In this document: piece by piece, positions 39,901 to 52,121 of the stretch
Numbering within the stretch: position 1 is the first letter of the stretch
Layout of the letters: every line of letters begins with the position of its first letter
From: Lytechinus pictus
Taxonomy: Eukaryota
Assembly (NCBI RefSeq): GCF_037042905.1
Contig: NC_087245.1
Span: 40,488,001 to 40,552,000 of the forward strand
Reading direction: 5' to 3'
DNA: 64,000 nt
Made by a program: the position numbers and the translations under genes
Notes under the pieces: generated by a model
Database searches by the model: none
Seen by the model: only the letters and a program-made list of their open reading frames with translations
Told to the model about the DNA's origin: nothing

Positions 39901-42900
39901 CTTGACTAAATGATGAATATACCAAACTCTGGAAGGAATGCAGATTTAAAGCAGAATATCGCTACATGTGAGATCCCATGAAAACTGATAGGTTTATATG
40001 AGGTTGTAATCACTTTGAAATAGAAATCGTTGATTATTAAAACTATATAGATGTTGTTGACCACTCTCTGAGGATTAACCCAAATGTGTGGTTTTTTAAT
40101 GAAACCTGTATTATGAATAAAATGTACAAATTCAATGTATGTTTTTTTTGTAATTTGCTGTATGTTTTCTTTATTTATTTTTCAGCTATGTCAGGCCAAC
40201 AATTATTTCCTTAAGAATTCCAAAACTCTATAATTAACACAAATTATTTTTTCTTCAATTTCCAGTTGCCATAAATCTGTTTGATTACATTGGCAGTATT
40301 CTGAGCTATGTGATTATTGCTATACCGATATTTGCTGGAGTATACAATGGGCTCCCTGCATCAGAGATATCAAGTCTTATCAGTGCTGTAAGTAACAACA
40401 CTGCTTCTTTGTGCTCATTCATTGTGTATATTTGGTCTTTCATCACGAGCAATGTTGTTATTACTTAATCTATTCACCTTGAAGTAGTACCACTATGATC
40501 TCACCTGTATTTAGATTGATCATTATCAGTGAAGTGATTATTGCTATTATGATTTACCACTGCATTTTTTTATTGACGTCATTTTGAATATAATTTTGTC
40601 ATCTGAATTATCAACCTATCCATGTAATTCTATTTTACATGTAATATCCGTCATCCATCAAAGAATATCACTATCTTCATTATCACTATCAACACCACCA
40701 TCATCATCATGATGATCATTATCATCTTAATCATCATCCCAATCTTCATTATCATCATCATTTTCATGATCATCATAATCATCATCGTCTTCATCATCAT
40801 TATCATGATCATTATCTTAATCATCATCTTCATTATCATCCTCATCATCATCCTCATCATCATCATTGTCTTCATTATCATAATCATATTCATCTTATTC
40901 ATCATCTTAATCATCTTCTTAATCTTCATCTTAATCTTCATCATCATCCCCATCTTCATCATAATCATATTCATCTTAATCATCATCTTCATCATCATCT
41001 TCCTCTTTTTCTTCTGTATCACATTATCATAGTAACCTCCATCGTCGCCAACATCATCAAAAACATCACCATCCTCCTCCTCATCATCCTTATCATTGTC
41101 ACTACTACCAACCTCATCATCAACAACATACGTTTGATTTAATCCAAATCATATCTCATATCATACACAAATCCCCCTCATTTTTCCCCCTCACAATTCT
41201 TTATCTTCTTTGATCTACATCAATCTACCATTGTTAATGACATTCTTTACTTATTTTCTTTAATTCCCACCAGTATTCCTTCCAGACCATGTACCTGATA
41301 AGCTGTTTCTCCAAGTTGATTGATCTCTCTACTAAGATCTCTGATATAGGTGGCTATACTCACAGGTGAGGGAATCAGAAAAAGACCAGGGGCCTGTTGC
41401 ATAAAACTTTTTACATGTACCTGAGAAAACTCAGGTTTTTTTACCTGAGTTTTTGCCCTGTGTTAAAGTCAATGGCAGAAATCAGACTAACCTTAGTTTC
41501 AGTTTTTACCGGAGTTTTCTCAGGTAAAAAGTTTTATGCAACAGGCTGCAGGGGGATATTTCACAAAGATCTAAATGTGACTTAGGGGGTGTTGCAAGAA
41601 AATGTTTGCGATCAATCGTAAATATTCTGTTGCAATTTTACAATTGATTGATCACTTTTTACTATGACAAATCAGATTACACTCCTTGTTTCATGGGGCA
41701 TATTAGCAATCAATCGCAAATTTGCAATTAATTGCACGACATATGCTTGATTTCGGGAATGAAAATAGACTTGCAATTGATCGCAAGTTTCTTGCAATGC
41801 CCCATTAGAGTCGCACTTAAATTTCAGTTGCATGCGGTATATAACGCATCACCCCATTGGTCGGACCATGCGCTCTGGACGCGCACTGATACATATCCAT
41901 CAATCAGATTACGTGTTAAATTACATGTGTTAAAACATGACTCCATTTAAATTTAAAGTCCATTTCAGCCTTTGTGAAACACCCCCCCCCCCCAGGATTT
42001 GTTACTTGGTCTTAAATCATGCAGTCTAAATCCCTGGTTTCACTTGTGTCAATCTTGCCGTGATTTCACAAACCTGCTATTAATCAGACACGATATTGTA
42101 AAAAAAAGTTCTCACCTGATGAGATAATTTGTAGGAGTAAATTTGGATATCAAGACCAGATGCTTGTCTAGTTTCATGTTTTTTGTGCCGCTGTTAGAAC
42201 ATCTGTAATAGATGTATTAGACTCTTCCCACAACTGTGCACCTCGTTGTTCATACTTGTATTAATGAGGAAAAGAGGTCAACTGTAGATCAGGAAAACAT
42301 ATATTTTATCATTTTCATAGCAAACCCATACTATTGCAGCATTGATCTAATATAATTCAGGGCTCCACACTAACCATTTTACCCTACTGGTCCATCCTGT
42401 TCATGTCGGACCAGTAGATAGTTTTTTATTTTTTTATTTTTTACTGGTCCCCAAAATAAAGGGAAAAAAGGCTTAAGTTCATTTTGCTGTCTTTCATTGC
42501 TTATTGTTACCTCCACCCCCCCCCCAAAAAAAACAGTAGCCTACACACACACACAACACAATTCATGAGAGCCATTTTTGTCTCGCCTGCATAGCAGAGC
42601 GAGACTATAGGCGCCGCTTTTCCGGCAGCGGCGGCGGCATCAACATCAAATCTTAACCTAAGGTTAAGTTTTTGAAATGACATCATAACTTAGAAAGTAT
42701 ATGGACCTAGTTCATGAAACTTGGACATAAGGTTAATCAAGTATTACTGAACATCCTGCCTGAGTTTCAGGTCACATGACTAAGGTCAAAGGTCATTTAG
42801 GGTCAATGAACTTAGACCATGTTGGGAGAATTATTTTCAAAATCTTAACCGAAGGTTAAGTTTTTGAAATGACATCATAACTTAGAAAGTATATGGACCT

Positions 42901-45900
42901 AGTTCATGAAACTTGGGCATAAGGTTAATCAAGTATGAGTGAACATCCTGCTCGAGTTTCAGGTCACATGACCAAGGTCAAAGGTCATTTAGGGTCAATG
43001 AACTTTGGTCAAGTTGGGGGTATTTGTTGAATTACTATCATAACTTTGAAAATTTATGGATCTAGTTCATGAAACTAGGAAAATTTATGGACCTAGTTCA
43101 TGAAACTTGGACATAAGGTTAATCAAGTATTAGTGAACATCCTTCCTGAGTTTCAGGTCACATGACCAAGGTCAAAGGTCATTTAGGGTCAATGAACTTT
43201 GGCCAAGTTGGGGGTATTTGTTGAATTACCTTCATAACTTTGAAAATTAATGGATCTACTTCATGAAACTTGGACATTAGGTTAATCAAGTACCACTGAA
43301 TATCCTGTGCGAGTTTCAGGTTACATGACCATGGTCAATGGTCATTTAAGGTCAATGAACTTTGGCCGTATTGGGGGTCTTTGTTAAATTACCATCCTAA
43401 CTCTGAAGGTTTATGGATCTAGTTCATAAAACTTGGACATACATGTAAGAGTGATCAAGTATCACTGAACATCCCCTGTGAGTTTCAGGTCACGAAACCA
43501 AGGTCAATGGTCATTTAAGGTCAATAAACTTAGGCCATGTTGGGGTAATTGTTGAATTGCCATCATAACTTTGAAAGTTTATGGATAGAGTGAATGAAAT
43601 GTGGACATGGGTGTAGTTGACAAGTCTTAAGTCACCGTTCATCTATGGTCAATGAACGTGGTATTATGTCATTATATGAATGGTGTTTTTGTGAATGATT
43701 CTCTTACAGTAGTTTTCAAAGTTAGCACTGCTGCTATATTAAATCGCGTAATGCAGGCGAGACTGCCAGAGGCGTTCCACTTGTTTGAGATGGCAGAGCC
43801 ATTTTTATAATTTACAAAAGAGAAGAAAATATCAATTTGTATCAGTTTGATATATTTTTTACTGGTCATGTCGGACCAGTAAATCTGTCTATTTCTTAAA
43901 GTTACTGGCCCGACAGCAATTTTTACTGGTCTGGGACTGTCGGACCGGTGCCAGTGTTGCGTGCTGTATTATTGTTATTACTATTAGCCCTGAAATTCTG
44001 CAATCATGATGAAACATTTATAGTTAAATGCATCTCACCATACATTTTCTTTTTCGCTAGAATCGGCGAGCTCCTTGAAAGCTTAGAAAAGCTGTCACCC
44101 GATACCAAACCCCTCTCTGAAACAGGCGGACCATCGGACAATAATGACCTGACCTCTGACACCCACTTCCTGATCTCCGAGACCGAGATGGATAGGGAGT
44201 ATCTATCGGAGGATGCAAGAGAGGAGATGGCCAGAGGAAGAGAAGAGGATGAAGAGGAGGTTAGCAGCGTGGACAGTCTGATTGCTTTCCAGTTAGACCA
44301 GGTCGCCGTGGCGACCCCATCAAAGGATGAAATCCTCATTAAAGGTTTGTAAATACAGAATATAAATTGAAATCCAAGTTGCATGTATTCAATGCCAACA
44401 GAATTAAAAATAATGCAAAATCATTACAATTGTTAACATTTTGTGCATAAACATTCGGTAGCATAGTGTGAGACTTGGAAGGAAGAATGTTTTTTTGACC
44501 ACATATTGTTTTAAAATCATTTTTCTGCTGCCTAGACGATGGTACTTTATTAATTCTGAGAATTAAATTTCTGCATGTCAGTTGAGGAGTGCAGTCAACA
44601 AGTTCACGGAGGCATTACAATAACTGAGTTTTGTTTTAGGCACTAGAGAGAGAGAGAACAAAATAACATTGTACAATCCTCCAACACAGCCTGAGTATTT
44701 TTTTCTTCCATTTATAATTTCCATAATGGAATGCATATATAAAAATTCTTATGTGGAAAAAGATTACTCTAAAAAATCAAAAGCTATGTTAATTTTTAAA
44801 GCACATATGCTGATATTTCAAATATGGATATGTACTTGTGTACTACACGATTGTTATTTATATAAATTCATATACTTCATCTAATTGCACAATATTAATT
44901 TTGCTCATGATCTAGTCAGCTTTCACAAAACACATTAATTTTATGTACATGTACACTCTAGGGAAAGGCATGGAGAGTCTATATCATAATGTTGATTATG
45001 TAACATATCTATTGAGAAATACTGATAAATTATTCTGAAGCATACTACTATTGTTACCCCAGCTATAGCTAATATGGGTTAAGCTACACATGACATTATG
45101 TCATTCTGTGCAACCACCCTTGTACTGCATTTGAATTACTTGTTTGAAAAATGTCCCTTTGTAGATTTAAACTTAGAGGTGGTAGAAGGACGCAACATCC
45201 TGATCACAGGGGCAACGGGTAGCGGCAAAACGTCACTTCTCCGTGTTCTCCACGGTCTGTGGCCGGTCATAAGTGGTACGGTGGAGCAGAGAGGCGTGCG
45301 GCCATCGGACATCATGTTCCTCCCGCAGAAGGCTTACCTGACGGATGGAACACTCATGGACCAGGTACACTTCCCGGTTTCACAAACCATGTTAGGGGGA
45401 AAATGCTAGAATGTTACCGGGGCCCCTATAACATAAAGCTTAACAATTGATCGCGTGGCTGGTTTTTATGATTGATTGTAACAACAATACTCATTGCAAT
45501 CAACCATGGAATTCGGCCCCACATTCAAGCGCTAAGCTTTATGTAATAAGCCAGTTCGTAGTTCCTTTCTGCGCATGATCAAAATATTCTGCGCATGATC
45601 AGAGGAAGGTCATTGGTACTAAAGTGACACGATGGTTTAAAATTTAATGAGATAAGCACCAACTTTGATGTCTTGATTATTCATATATTCTTTTGAATTG
45701 TGTTTTCCATTTACATCCACAAAAAACAATGCGTCCACGAACGATTTCACAGTTTGCCAAGTACATTGTGAAACAGAAATGCAACAAATACCTTCACAAC
45801 GTGTTCATTGGTATGCAATTCTAGTCACCTGGTCTATTCAATTTCTTCATCCTGCTATGTAAGGCATGTTTACATAATATCTTGCTTTGAAATCTGCCTG

Positions 45901-48900
45901 TCATAATGAAAGAAATGAAAGGTCATTTGACCAAAATTGTCCATGAAGTAACTACGAACTGGTCTATTGGGTTCAGGTGGGTGTTTCATAAAGCCGTTTA
46001 TGAGTTATGAATGACTTTACACACGCCTGGTGACCCTTCTGCAGAGCTGCCAAGTAGTACGATTTTTCCGTATTTAGTACGTTTTTGCAACCAAAATACG
46101 GCAGTACGTTCTTTCTTTTAAAAATACGTTTTTTGTATTAAAAAAAAAAAATATATATATATTTTTTTTTTTTTTATTAATTTTTTTACAAAATCTAAAT
46201 TTATTGAGAAAAATCATCTCTGTATGTCTCTATTTCATAAAACGTACACAAATATGGTTATTAGATCAATGTAATTTCAGGTAACTTGTTTTTTTTTTCA
46301 ATCATTTTGTAAAAACCATGTTTTTTTTTTTTTTTCATCTGCAAGAGCAGTGCACATTTTAGCTTGCATGCAGCTTGAGCGCCTTGATGGGCGAGTGCGC
46401 CAAGCATTTTATTATGAAATACACTTTTTTGGGGAAAAATACAAAATATGTATCTCACATGGTAAAAATACTGATTTTTTTGTCAAAATACTGATTTTGG
46501 GGGATAAGAATACTGAAAATGCAAAATACAACTTGGCAGCTCTGGCAGAAGCACTGTTACTATGGTCAAATAACATGAGACTTGTCGGATGAGCGGTAGA
46601 CCACTTGTGTGAATGCTCTTGTATTGTGGGGTGGTGAATGATTGCCAATCACGATCAATCATCACCTTCGACCATGGTTGTGCTCAGTGGCGGACCGTGA
46701 CCCGGAGGAGACAATGATTGGAGGGGCACTGTACAGACCTGCCAACCAGTACGTTTTTGGCGTATTTAGTACGTTTTTGCAACCAAAATACGGCAGTACG
46801 TTTTTTCTTTAACCCTCAATCACCCGGGGTATTTTGATTCTTGTCATTCCCGGGGGGGGGCCATTATGGCCCCCCCTTAAGATCTCGGCCGCTGATCGCT
46901 CGAGCGACGCAAAAATTTGCATGCTGGTTGTGTGCGATGTAATCTACAAGGCTGTATGGTAAAATTTTCCAAAATAATGAGATTTTATTTTATATGAATT
47001 AATTATGCTAATTTATGCATAAATCATACGTTTTGCTCTAATTCACTAAATAAAGCTCCTAGAATGCTAATTTTTGGTTAAAATATTCTTTGTAGCATTC
47101 TTAACAATCGCAATTAAAAAAAACTTCGGTTTGGAAATCAATTTCTTATGTATTTTATTGTTTTATGAATTTCTTATGTATTTCCTTGTTTTTTTTACTT
47201 TTTGTTTTTTATTGTTTTTTCAATGGAAATCATTCCAGACTTAATTCTGATCATAAGCAAGGCAAAATTAATTTAATTCAATCAGTAAAAGTAGAAATAA
47301 TGATACATTTATGAATTTTGGCTAAATACACAATTTGCATTGGATTTGTACATGAAATCACGTTTATGAGCAATTTTGGGTCTGACATGCACTTACATAA
47401 TGTTGCGTAATGTCGTAACCGCGTATCCGGGCGTCACAAATTTGGTCTCAAAATTTGCGCGAGACTTGAAAGTAAAAAGTCAGTGAGCGGCGAGGTCAAA
47501 AAAATTTGCGCAGCGGATATATCGCGAAAATTGTCGAGGGGGGGGCCATTATGGCCCCCCCCCCGGGAGAATTAGGGTTAAAAAATAAGTTTTTGTATTA
47601 AAAAAAATTGTAGTTTATTGAGAAAAATCATCTCTATATGTCTCTATTTCATAAAACTTACACAAATATGGTTATTAGATCAATGTAATTTCAGGTAACC
47701 TGTTTTTTTTTCAATCATTTTGTTAAAACCAGGGTGAAATATACACATGTTTAAATGTTTTTTTTTTCATCTGCAAGAGCAGTGCGCATTTTAGCTTGCA
47801 TGCAGCTTGAGCGCCGCGATGAGCGAGTGCGCCACGCATTTTATTATGAAATACACTTTTTTTAATCACAGAATACAATTTTTCATTCCCAAAGTTTGGC
47901 AGGTCTGACTGTATTGTTTGTGAACAATGCTGTGCCCCTCCAATGCTTTGTCTCCTCCGGGTCACGGTCCGCCACTGGTTGTGCTAAGGATAGCGAGTCG
48001 GGGATGACTTGTCGCTTATTATGATACGTCAAAACTGGGCAGAGCTTAGATCGTGCAGAATACAGTGGGCTGTTATTTGTATCATGTGTCACCATAGACA
48101 GTATGCTTTGTATACAACTGTCACATGTCGCAATACTGCCGGTGGGGAGCATTTAACATGTTACCTAATGCAAGTGGGGACAACATCTGAATGACACATT
48201 GCTGATTGTCTATTGCAATTTATCATAAGTGGGGAAACGGAATGATATGTACCTAATCACCACTGGAGATTGACAACACTATCCATTGCAAGTAGTAATA
48301 ATGTCTAGAAATTCCCCCACAATGGGGATGTACATATTCATACTGGTAAATTTTTGTATCCTGTCATTTAATAGAATAATATTAGATTATGCTTATTTAA
48401 AGTAACTGTTTCTTTTATATGGAAATATTTCTGGAAAAGATCAACCAAACATATGGTAGTCAAGGAAATCTTCATTCTTTTCCTTCTCCAGATAACCTAC
48501 CCTTCTCGAAATCCTACAAGGCTCTCAAGAAGTATACTGGAAGAGGACCCGGATCCGTGTGAGATCCTGGACCAGGTAGGCTTAGAGGTCCTGGTCCAAC
48601 GCTGCGATGGACTAGATACACCGGTCTCGTGGAACTGGTACGATGTATTGACCCCCGGTGAGGCACAGTGCCTGGCGTTCGCAAGACTGCTTTACCAGAG
48701 ACCAAGGTTTGCTTGTGAGTATTTTCTTATTGTCTGAAAATTTTCACTCTTATTTCTGTCGATCAAGATATAAAGAGGATAAAGATCTCCTCTTCGATGC
48801 TCTCAGCACGTATACTCACCTGAAGAAGCAGAAAGGCGATCAATCAAGGCAAGAGGAATATGCCTGCTATGAGGAAAGCTGGTTTAAATCCCCCTTTTGG

Positions 48901-49756
48901 AATCCTGCAAGAACATTGTCAGAGGTTCATTTTACTCACCTCGTATCTTACCAACCATTGAATGTGATGCTGCCAATGCATACTACAAGGGCAGATATGG
49001 GCCCGTCTTTCAAAGAGTTGCGATTGATCTGATCAATCACAACTATGGACGGCCAGCAACGTCAACATCCAAAATTCATGAATGTTCAAAATGTTTTCTA
49101 GATATGACGTAAATTACATAAATTCATTGTTTTCTTGACAATTTGGTGTGTTCGCTTTTGTTTACAAAGGACATTTTGAAAAGATTTTGTAGGAAAAATT
49201 ATGACACTGATGGATTTCCATAGAGTTACAATCGATTGGATCAATCGTAACTCTTTGTAAGACGGGGTGAAGTCACTGTACCATTTGACCCTTCAAGATG
49301 CGCCATGGATTTGACAACTTAACCCACCAACATTGGACTTCATAAAGATTAACTCAATTAAACCAAAGGATGTCAAGAGTATTTTTGACAGAAAAAGTTC
49401 AAAGTCAACCCCAGAACCTGATAGTTTATGTTATGGAATGTTAAGACTATACCACTGGGCCACAAGGCTCCACAGTGCTGTTGACCGGGATAGTGTCTGT
49501 CAAATAAACTTTTTTTCTGATTTAGGTGTTACATAAAATTGATTTTTTTTTTTCTCTTTCCATGGCAGTGCTGGATGAAGCGACCAGTGCCGTACCAAGT
49601 GAAAAGGAAGCCCAGCTTTACGCCCTCTGTCGAGCAGCGAAGATGACCCTGATCAGCGTCGGCCATCACGTCACTCTCAAACGCTTCCACGATGCCGAGC
49701 TCATCATAGATGGCCGAGGAGGCTGGACGTTGGTGGACATCTCTCATATAGAATAG
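27961..49756 (+). CDS. ABCD4: ABC transporter subfamily D member 4 (lysosomal cobalamin exporter homologue); 13 coding exons, 635 aa
   Basis: Exons 27961-27980 (least certain), 32086-32204, 35052-35179, 36751-36893, 38110-38226, 38722-38847, 39397-39542, 40266-40387, 41274-41365, 44061-44344, 45165-45364, 48492-48714, 49569-49756 total 1908 nt in frame. Motifs: [50 protein letters not shown], Walker [28 protein letters not shown], Walker B LLDEATSA, ISVGH. Confidence 0.95.
28560..29220. repeat. Long GA-rich low-complexity tract (GAAA/GGAA-like) in ABCD4 intron 1
   Basis: About 650 bp of almost pure purine on the plus strand. Confidence 0.9.
29353..30152. mobile_element. Non-autonomous hAT-like element with perfect TIR and 6-bp TSD
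   Basis: TIR TAGGGACAGTGATTTTCCG / CGGAAAATCACTGTCCCTA, AACAAC on both flanks (29347-29352, 30153-30158), many subterminal TTCCGT motifs. Confidence 0.85.
31355..31458. mobile_element. Terminal fragment of a hAT-like element
   Basis: Clustered CGGGAC motifs ending in GGGACGTCTGGTCACCCTG; partner end not located. Confidence 0.5.
32314..32737. mobile_element. MITE with CAGACCTGCCAAC TIR and 6-bp TSD
   Basis: TIR CAGACCTGCCAACC / GGTTGGCAGGTCTG, GAGCAA on both flanks; relatives at 46042-46544 and 46734-47907. Confidence 0.85.
32919..33522. mobile_element. Non-autonomous element with long imperfect TIRs (Kolobok-like, family C)
   Basis: AGGGATGGTCCGGGCTG...GCAAAATGCTGAAAATTT pairs with AAATTTTCAGCATTTTGC...CAGCCCAGCCATCCCT; TTAA at left, TTGA at right. 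Confidence 0.65.
34179..34612. mobile_element. Kolobok-like family B copy 2 (internal deletion)
   Basis: Reverse-complement homologue of 8940-9524 with TTAA on both flanks. Confidence 0.8.
35700..36224. mobile_element. Tc1/mariner-type MITE
   Basis: TIR CAGTGCGTCCCA / TGGGACGCACTG; TA at the right flank. Confidence 0.65.
37310..37737. mobile_element. MITE with ACTGGTCC subterminal repeats (uninterrupted copy)
   Basis: Ends CAGCGCACGACACT / AGTGTGGAGCCCTG, repeated ACTGGTCC/GGACCAGT; inverted, interrupted copy at 42358-43966. Confidence 0.75.
40650..41130. repeat. Long degenerate (ATC)n microsatellite in ABCD4 intron
   Basis: Directly visible; produces the spurious poly-Ile and poly-Met ORFs. 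Confidence 0.92.
41585..41804. mobile_element. PIF/Harbinger-type MITE nested in another MITE
   Basis: Reverse complement of 630-848 with TTA TSD; sits inside an element with ends GGGGATATTTCACAAAG / CTTTGTGAAACACCCC (~41551-41986). Confidence 0.8.
42358..43966. mobile_element. ACTGGTCC-family MITE split by a HINE-like insertion
   Basis: 42358-42575 and 43786-43966 together match 37310-37737 in reverse orientation. Confidence 0.75.
42575..43785 (+). mobile_element. Helentron-associated (HINE/pearl-like) element with internal tandem array
   Basis: T-run, 13-bp subterminal inverted repeat GTCTCGCCTGCAT (42580-42592) / ATGCAGGCGAGAC (43751-43763), 5' hairpin partner GCGAGAC, (GGC)n, about five units of 163-194 bp, short 3' tail ending CTTGTT. 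Confidence 0.75.
46042..46544. mobile_element. MITE related to 32314-32737
   Basis: TIR CAGAGCTGCCAAGT / ACTTGGCAGCTCTG; shared interior; TSD not evident. Confidence 0.7.
46734..47907. mobile_element. CAGACCTGCCAA MITE, middle layer of the nest
   Basis: Same family as 32314-32737; 6-bp TSD ACTGTA (46728-46733, 47908-47913). Confidence 0.85.
46813..47577. mobile_element. piggyBac-type non-autonomous element, inner layer of the nest
   Basis: TTAA|CCCT...AGGG|TTAA, with subterminal GGGGGCCATTATGGCCCCC palindromes at both ends. Confidence 0.85.
48998..49268. mobile_element. PIF/Harbinger-like MITE in last ABCD4 intron
   Basis: Inverted ends CCCGTCTTTCAAAGAGTTGCGATTGATC / GATCAATCGTAACTCTTTGTAAGACGGG. 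Confidence 0.65.
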
Positions 49757-50719
49757 TCATCGTCTAAGAGCCTTCGTTTGGTATGAAATTACATTTGTGC
49801 AGTGGTAATTGTCACTGAAATTGACAATCGTAAAGGTAAAGTGTAATAAAAAAAAATAATGATGAAGAAGATATAGAGTGAATTATTATTTACCATCTAG
49901 AACTATAATTGATTTTGCAAAATATTTATGAATTCTATGCGAAATGTACGTATAGTATAAAGAGAGATTATGCATCCAGCTGTATGTTCAAAGGAGATTT
50001 TGTTTTCAAATGCTCTATTTTGAACAGCAAATGAAATTGAAAGTACTAAGATAAATCTTCCATACATATATATTTTTGTAGAATTTTATTTTCTTGCCAC
50101 AGTGATTTCTTTTTTCATGAACCAACTGTATGCCTAATCATATCATGAGATAAACAAGCTATATGTGTGTGACGCTATGTGTGTATAAAGATTTGGATAC
50201 TATGTGCTCTTATATTGTACCCTGCTATTAACATGCTAAAATCAATAATTTGGTACCTTAGAAGATCACTTTGGGGTAGGGTGTCAAAGTTTTATAATAC
50301 AATCAAACTGGCAATCAGTATGTTTGATATTCTTTTAATAATCGTCTGAGTTATTGTATTTTATCATTATTATTATATATATATAACAAAAATCATAAAA
50401 TGAAATGTTATTTTAAAGAAATTTAAGATTCAGGAAGATGTAAACACAGAGTAAAATGTAGTTCATGCCAGCAAAAAAAAGAGGACAACAGCAATTTCCA
50501 AACTCTTTTCAGCAATTCATCATATTTGAGTAGGCCAGATTATGTGAAATAGCATGGGAGTGGGGGGGGGGGGGCATATTTGCCTTCCGCAGACCCTGGC
50601 TGTTGATCATGTGATCGCGGTGAAAATCGTCGCCCACGTTATCTCCAAACTAGCATCCAAAATTTTGAGTTTAGTGAGTCCTTTCCCCAAAAAATAATTG
50701 AGACCAAGCTGGTTGAACT

Positions 50720-51520
50720 CGAAAGAAGCCATTACTGTTGCTTCCTCCTGTGCCAAGAGATCAAATGCTTCTGTCCAGTGTTGAAATGCAATCCTGTCAT
50801 TGGCTAGGGCTTCCACCACACCCCGTTGTCGCACACTATCCCCTTCGTGTCGTCTAATTTTCTAATGCGGTGCAGCTGTCTGGCCTTTCCTGGCTCTTTT
50901 TGCACTGCTTCCTCATAGGTGTTTGATCTTGTCATCTTGACAAATGCATTCTGAAACATGAATTCGACAGAATAATAATGTCATGTTAAATTTTGAAGAA
51001 AGCATTTATTTTCAGGGTTCATTTGTCTGTTATCAGAATGACTGACTTCTCAATAGTTCAAAATATTGGCTATTATGCGAATTTCCCTCACAAAACCAAG
51101 ATGTATTTACCTACGTTGGTCAACCTATTTCCATTCTCTTTCATTTTCAATATTTATGACAACACCAATCTGGAACAATCACAACATCGGCGCCACTACA
51201 ATTTTTTTCTTATGAAGAATCTTCCAAAAAATCAAAAGAAGCCATCACTGTTGCTTCCTCCAGTGGCTTCAAAGCTGACATGTCTTTGGCAAGAGATCAA
51301 ATGCTTCTGTCCAGTGTTGAAATGCAATTCAGGGAAACTCTCCTTGATCCTGTCCTTGGCTAGGGGCTTCCAACGCACCCCGTTGTTGCACACTATCCCC
51401 TTCGTGTAGTCTAATTTCCTAAAGCGGTGCAGCTGTTTAGCCTTTGCTGGCTCCTTCTGCAATGCTTCCTCATAGGTGTTTGACTTTGTCCTCTTGACGA
51501 ATGCATTCTGAAACATGAAA
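50720..51520 (-). repeat. Two diverged copies of an unidentified exon-like sequence
   Basis: ~50720-50960 and ~51240-51520 are homologous; each starts at a minus-strand acceptor TTCATGTTTCAG|AATGCATT; the intact-looking copy reads NAFVKRTKSNTYEEALQKEPAKAKQLHRFRKLDYTKGIV. Confidence 0.6.
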
Positions 51521-52121
51521 ATACTCAAGGCTGAAAGTAACATGACTTGAACAGTTAAATCAAACAAAAGATTGAAACATTCATAATTTCCCCCTCTTAT
51601 AATGTAAATCGTGCTTGACTACAGATTTAAAATCTATTTTGAGGTGGGAGACGATGTGCTAAATCACAAGTCTGTAATTGTGAATTATGATTTCTTTTTG
51701 ATAAAATAACAAAACTTGAAAGTGGGAGAAATGCATCTTATCAGATATTGCATATTCATGACGACATAAATTATGTTCAACTGAAAAGTAGATATAACTG
51801 AACTTTGAATTCAAAGTCTTGAATTTTTATCAGATTTATTGAGATATTTTCTGCTGATGGACTGAATATCACTATTTTGTCATACAACAATATAGATTTA
51901 ATGTTATTACTATTACCGTACATCATGCCAAATGTGTCATTATCGGCGTTGAGAGATTTTTTCTTATGAAAATCTGAACTGCACAAAAAATTATCACAGC
52001 AATTTAAGTAATGCAACAAATAGGAAAATTCAATAAACTTTAAACTCTATCTTATTCTTATCTTCATATCTGCGAACGATCAGTTGTAGTAATTTTTGCC
52101 TTGATGACTGCCAATTTGTTT

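Larger units (their letters stand above)
46685..47977. mobile_element. hAT-type MITE, outer layer of a triple nest
   Basis: 30-bp TIR CAGTGGCGGACCGTGACCCGGAGGAGACAA; 8-bp TSD GTTGTGCT (46677-46684, 47978-47985). Confidence 0.88.

Noticed and set aside
40651..41032. Poly-Ile / poly-Met ORFs
   Set aside because: (ATC)n microsatellite inside an ABCD4 intron.
44004..44384. Ser-rich minus-strand ORF
   Set aside because: Antisense to ABCD4 exon 44061-44344.
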